NCBI GenBank assembly: GCA_039809905.1 | Contig: JBDHVY010000001.1 | Coordinates: forward strand, 390,001 to 422,000 | Source of the DNA: Candidatus Babelota bacterium | GTDB lineage: Bacteria > Babelota > Babeliae > Babelales > Vermiphilaceae | Length of the DNA: 32,000 bases | Direction of reading: 5' to 3' | Shown: in pieces, positions 27,976-32,000 of the stretch | Layout of the letters: each line of letters starts with the position of its first letter | Numbering within the stretch: the stretch's first letter is position 1 | Notes under the pieces: generated by a model | The model's input: only the letters and a program-made list of their open reading frames with translations | Database searches by the model: none | What the model was told of the DNA's origin: nothing | Program-made: the position numbers and the translations under genes

Positions 27976-29911
27976 TTCCAAGAATTTCTTCTTCATACCG
28001 TTTATATGATCGGTCTACTGGTTTTCCTCCAATAACATTATCTTCATACCATTGATATGATTTTGCAAATTCTTCAAAAATATCTTCTGATCGCATTCCT
28101 TGCACATCGCTTTTTTGTAATTCATTAAGATCTGACATTTTTTCTGGATAATCAATGCCATCTTTTTTTATTGGATCATATATTTTGGCACATAAATGAA
28201 TAAGCGCTAGATTTTCATTTATCTTTATTAATCGATTTTGTGCCTCAATTGCAATCCACAACCATTCTTTCAACGACTTACTTCGTGATTCTTGGGCTTT
28301 TCTCGAAGCCATTTCAAATAATTTTTTAATATCAAGTAACGTCATATTCTGCATTCGCGCTAAAAGATCTTGGGGAGAAATTTGTAGACGAAGTTCTTCC
28401 AACAATTGCTTTATAAGATGTTCTTTATCCGGTCTAACCGGCAATTGTTTTTTATAATTTTCTTGTTTCATATTCCACATAGCCCTTACCAAACAATCAC
28501 GATCGATACCTGTCTTAAATTTGTTTTGATTAATCGCTAAAACAGCAGCATCAGAAATCAATCTTTTAATATCGGCAGGACTCAATTCTTCGGTTGCATC
28601 TGCCAATATATCAATAAATGCTGATCCTTGAACATTTGGATTAACAACACTTTTTTTATAGTAATACTTTAATAATTGTTTACGTGAATCTTTATCTGGA
28701 TATTGAACAAGTATAGTTCTATCGATACGTCCTGGACGTAATAATGCAGGATCAATGCGATCAGGATAATTTGCTGCTCCTATCACAATAACCTTAACAT
28801 CTTTCTGCTCAAGTCCATCCATTTGACTCAACAAAGCATCTATCGATTCTGTATTAATCATTGTCATTTCTCCTGAACCACCGCTACTGCGTGAACCAAG
28901 ACCCTGAAGCTCATCAATAAAGATTATTGCTATTTTTCCGTTTATCTTTCTTGCTGCCTGCCTTGCTTTTTCAAATGCATCATTTACCGCTTTTTTACCT
29001 GTACCAACATATTGAGTTACCCTAAAATCTTGAGCATTATAAGCAAAGAATGGGCAATCTAATTCCCCTGCAATTGCTGCAGCTAAATAGGTTTTACCAG
29101 TACCAGGATCTCCCGTAAACAGTATTCCGCTTGGTAGCTCAACTCCAAACTCTCTATATGATGCTAGTTCTTTAATCTGCGCAACAAACTTACGTGCTTC
29201 TTCAGGCACACCAATATAATCGGCAAAGGTTACCGTTTTTTCTCCTTTTTCAACAGCTTTTTTTCCACGTAAATCTTGCCATTGCTGTTCTAAATTATCG
29301 TGCATATCACTCACAGCTTTTATCAATGGAGCAGTTTTTTCTCCTAATCGCAATTCATCACGAATCAGGCCCAAAAAAGATCGCTTGACGTCTATTTTTT
29401 CTGCATCTTGAAAAAGTCCAATTTTTATAAGTACTCGTTCAAGATAATAGTCAATTTTGTCTTCGATACTCGCATCTTCTTTTACCTTGAAATCTTTTTT
29501 ATATCTATTAAATGTTTCTTCAGGTTCACCAGTTACTAGCGTTTGAAGTAAATCTATTGCCGATTTAATGGACTTAGTAAAGCGAAGTTTCGGCTCAGTT
29601 TGAAAACGCTCGCGTAATTCCGTCGCAGCTTGACTAAACTCAGCATCTAAAGACAATGGCGTTTCTTCTCCAAGATAAGTAGCAAAACGAGGCTTGCTTT
29701 TGAGATAAACATATAACCTAGAAAGTTCTTCTGAAATCCCTGGAAGAATTTTTGCACGGTAAATTTCATAAAGATCTGATAATTGTGCATATTCAACCAT
29801 CTTATTCAAAAAGATATTCCACCAACTTGGTTTTGGTTTTTCACCCGCAAATCCTGTTGTAGGAATAATAATAGTTATTGCGATCAAAAGAGAAAAAATC
29901 TTTTTTTTCAT
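27971..29911 (-). CDS. AAA+ ATPase (FtsH/Vps4-like core) with N-terminal Sec signal or anchor; no zinc-protease motif seen
   Basis: Walker A GILFTGDPGTGKT, Walker B KIAIIFIDELQGLG, SRH-like NYPDRIDPALLRPGRIDRTI. Start at ATG 29911 gives MKKKIFSLLIAITIIIPTTGFAGEKP. No HEXXH found in the C-terminus. Confidence 0.88.
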   Translation of the reverse strand: MKKKIFSLLIAITIIIPTTGFAGEKPKPSWWNIFLNKMVEYAQLSDLYEIYRAKILPGISEELSRLYVYLKSKPRFATYLGEETPLSLDAEFSQAATELRERFQTEPKLRFTKSIKSAIDLLQTLVTGEPEETFNRYKKDFKVKEDASIEDKIDYYLERVLIKIGLFQDAEKIDVKRSFLGLIRDELRLGEKTAPLIKAVSDMHDNLEQQWQDLRGKKAVEKGEKTVTFADYIGVPEEARKFVAQIKELASYREFGVELPSGILFTGDPGTGKTYLAAAIAGELDCPFFAYNAQDFRVTQYVGTGKKAVNDAFEKARQAARKINGKIAIIFIDELQGLGSRSSGGSGEMTMINTESIDALLSQMDGLEQKDVKVIVIGAANYPDRIDPALLRPGRIDRTILVQYPDKDSRKQLLKYYYKKSVVNPNVQGSAFIDILADATEELSPADIKRLISDAAVLAINQNKFKTGIDRDCLVRAMWNMKQENYKKQLPVRPDKEHLIKQLLEELRLQISPQDLLARMQNMTLLDIKKLFEMASRKAQESRSKSLKEWLWIAIEAQNRLIKINENLALIHLCAKIYDPIKKDGIDYPEKMSDLNELQKSDVQGMRSEDIFEEFAKSYQWYEDNVIGGKPVDRSYKRYEEEILGK

Positions 29912-29942
29912 TTTTTGGCCTTTTTTAACCCAAAAATACATT

Positions 29943-29967
29943 AATTCAATTTGAATATATCACAATA
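29943..29967 (-). promoter_or_regulatory. Divergent promoter motif, copy 1 (towards the AAA+ gene)
   Basis: Minus-strand TATTGTGATATATTCAAATTGAATT matches the plus-strand copy at 30125-30149 at 23 of 25 positions. Confidence 0.6.
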
Positions 29968-30124
29968 TATGAATCTTAAACAAGAAAAAAGATGCTTTTA
30001 CAGTCCAATTTGATAAAACATGCTGAATAGAAAGACTTATAGAACAAGATAGAATTAAAGAACGAGGGGTCGGCGTGTGTAGAAAATCGAAACATGGGGT
30101 TAAAAATCTTGATTTGACCTTTTT

Positions 30125-30149
30125 TATTATGATATATTCAAGTTGAATT
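30125..30149 (+). promoter_or_regulatory. Divergent promoter motif, copy 2 (towards ORF 30182)
   Basis: TATTATGATATATTCAAGTTGAATT. Contains extended -10-like TGATATATT and palindrome ATTCAA-G-TTGAAT. Possible -35 TTGATT at 30109-30114. Confidence 0.6.
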
Positions 30150-30181
30150 TGTAAAAAACAAGAAGTAAAAAAGGTATTACC

Positions 30182-30841
30182 ATGAAGAAAAACTATAAAG
30201 AAGCTCTGGCAGCATTTATTATTCTTTATAGCCTTATGGTACCAACATATCTAACTCCTAAAGGCGGCCGAGCACAAGTTGCTGCAGTTAGTGCAAAAAC
30301 ACCACAACCTATTGTTCAAAAACCACGTAAAATAGAAAAACCATCAGAAGAAGAACAATCAGAACCAGAAATTATTTCCAATGCAAAACAAATCAAGGCT
30401 TTTGTTCCTCAACCAGGAATATTTACGCGTATGTATTTGGGCTTCACTCCAATAATTTTGAGTAGTCTTAATACTGCAATTGGAGCAGGAATTGCTGCCG
30501 CAACCAAAGTGGTTCTTGCTGGTTTTCTTGAAGCTCGCCAATATACACTCGCTAAAAAAGCTGCTCAGGAATATGCAAAAGATGAAATTCAAAAAGGTCT
30601 TTTTAGTGGAGCACAATTCGCTCAATTTACTCCACAACAAAAAATAGATCTTGCAACAGAAACTATTTTAAAGTCAAACAAAATAAATATGGCTGAAATG
30701 GATGCGAGTACATCATACTCTGCTCTTTTCAGCCAAGGACTTTATCCAGCTAAGCTCAACATAGGAGCTTCTCTGATCTCGGGATTTATAACAATGGGAG
30801 TAGCTCTGCTGTTGCAAAGCTTAATGCCTCAATCTGAGTAA
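30182..30841 (+). CDS. Exported/membrane hypothetical protein, 219 aa
   Basis: N-terminal hydrophobic segment and two glycine/alanine-rich hydrophobic stretches (LSSLNTAIGAGIAAATKVVLAGFLEA; GASLISGFITMGVALLLQSL). Confidence 0.65.
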   Translation: MKKNYKEALAAFIILYSLMVPTYLTPKGGRAQVAAVSAKTPQPIVQKPRKIEKPSEEEQSEPEIISNAKQIKAFVPQPGIFTRMYLGFTPIILSSLNTAIGAGIAAATKVVLAGFLEARQYTLAKKAAQEYAKDEIQKGLFSGAQFAQFTPQQKIDLATETILKSNKINMAEMDASTSYSALFSQGLYPAKLNIGASLISGFITMGVALLLQSLMPQSE

Positions 30842-30857
30842 ATATATAATGGTTTTC

Positions 30858-31217
30858 TTATAACTCAGTATATTTTGTCCACTTACCCTTACTTTTTTCA
30901 ATAGGGTATTTACGTGCTTTTTCAATTTGTTTATGCGCAAGAGCCTTGCTCAAATCAATCTTATTTTGATTACAAAAACACAAAAGCGCAAATGCAATAT
31001 CTGCTACTTCATCTTCAACATCTTGTCTACGTTTTTCTAATTCATCATATGAAGCTGCACTCTCGCACCATAAAAAAAGATCCATGAGTTCTGTGCTTTC
31101 TGAAACTAATGCCATACTCAAATTTTTCGGACTGTGAAATTGTTGCCATTCACGATCTTCAATAAACTTTTTAACATCCTTTTTTAAAGATTCTATTGTT
31201 GTTGTTACATCTGACAT
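30858..31217 (-). CDS. MazG-like/dCTPase-like nucleotide pyrophosphohydrolase
   Basis: EDREWQQFHSPKNLSMALVSESTELMDLFLW, VEDEVADIAFALLCFC, KARKYP: MazG/RS21-C6 metal-binding layout. Confidence 0.88.
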   Translation of the reverse strand: MSDVTTTIESLKKDVKKFIEDREWQQFHSPKNLSMALVSESTELMDLFLWCESAASYDELEKRRQDVEDEVADIAFALLCFCNQNKIDLSKALAHKQIEKARKYPIEKSKGKWTKYTEL

Positions 31218-31226
31218 GTAAAATCC

Positions 31227-31607
31227 TTATGCCAAAAATCTTATACGTTCTATTAATGCATTAAGCTCTCTAGAAAATGAATCAAATCCGGAAACAATTA
31301 CATCTACATTTTCTTGTTCATATGTATACGATGTTAGATGTCGTTTTTCTATAAAAGCAAACCACTCTTCTGGGTTATCAATCAATCGCGCAAGAGCAGC
31401 TTTTCGAAACACATCTCTAGGCGCGGTTGATTCTACACCTTGAGCAGTTAAAATGTGCTTCATTGTTTTCCATGATAATTCATAACAAACCTTAAAAGCC
31501 TGCACAGCCCCAGCCTTATCTCTATCAGTTATCATATCCTGGCGAAATCGCTCAAAAACTGATTGTGCTTTAAGTAAATTGCTAAAATCTGTCCCTAATT
31601 TTTCCAT
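31227..31607 (-). CDS. HI0074-family nucleotidyltransferase substrate-binding (HEPN-fold) protein
   Basis: AVQAFKVCYELSWKTMKHILTAQGVESTAPRDVFRKAALARLIDNPEEWFAFIEKRHLTSYTYEQENVDVI. Confidence 0.88.
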   Translation of the reverse strand: MEKLGTDFSNLLKAQSVFERFRQDMITDRDKAGAVQAFKVCYELSWKTMKHILTAQGVESTAPRDVFRKAALARLIDNPEEWFAFIEKRHLTSYTYEQENVDVIVSGFDSFSRELNALIERIRFLA

Positions 31608-31635
31608 GCCCTATTCCTCGATGTTATGTATATTA

Positions 31636-32000
31636 TTATTCTTGTTGTTTATGATGTAAAAAATCTACGACAAATTGGCTCCAAGATTCCATGCATTCAC
31701 GTTGTGCGATACAATCTGCAAGCGAAACTAATGTACCACTTTTTAATTCTGATTTTATTGCAATATCAGCACTATCACCTTCAAGCAAAAATACAAATCC
31801 AATATGCACCTTGCCAACATCGTTGGAATCATCATTCAAAATGCCCAGAGGTTTTACATTCACTTTCCCTGCATAATCAACTTCTTCATGAAATTCACGC
31901 AATGCCCATGCAAAAAGCGAATCCTCTACCATATCTTCTTGCCGAATATGACCACCAATACCAAGTGTTAATTTATTGCGCAAACGAGCTTCTGAGGCAT
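31636..32000 (-). CDS. NUDIX hydrolase, 5' end beyond the window
   Basis: LTLGIGGHIRQEDMVEDSLFAWALREFHEEVDY (divergent NUDIX box). The frame is open beyond 31983 (ASEARLRNK...), so the track's start is not the real one. Confidence 0.8.
   Translation of the reverse strand, partial: ASEARLRNKLTLGIGGHIRQEDMVEDSLFAWALREFHEEVDYAGKVNVKPLGILNDDSNDVGKVHIGFVFLLEGDSADIAIKSELKSGTLVSLADCIAQRECMESWSQFVVDFLHHKQQE

Overview
This is an AT-rich bacterial chromosomal window. The many secreted eukaryote-like repeat proteins (ankyrin, WD40/beta-propeller, possible SKP1/BTB-like segments) suggest an intracellular or protist-associated bacterium, possibly Dependentiae/Babeliae (TM6); that lineage is inference. 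Housekeeping content: 3' part of a BamA/Omp85 gene, ftsL-like + ftsI (PBP), a DhnA-type class I aldolase, two tandem RRM RNA-binding proteins with matched leaders, rpe, groES-groEL, a MazG-like pyrophosphohydrolase, a HI0074/HEPN-type protein and a NUDIX hydrolase. Accessory content: two tandem ankyrin-repeat proteins, five secreted propeller/WD40 proteins flanking groESL, and a signal-peptide-bearing AAA+ ATPase. The most unusual item is a translationally coupled pair (8671-12911): an orphan UrtA/AmiC-like periplasmic-binding protein followed by a 999-aa membrane protein. That protein appears to combine two extracytoplasmic Cache-like sensor regions with a C-terminal pentameric ligand-gated ion channel (Cys-loop-like) module. 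No CRISPR array, rRNA, tRNA or transposase was seen. All family assignments come from reading the sequence and motifs, without database searches.
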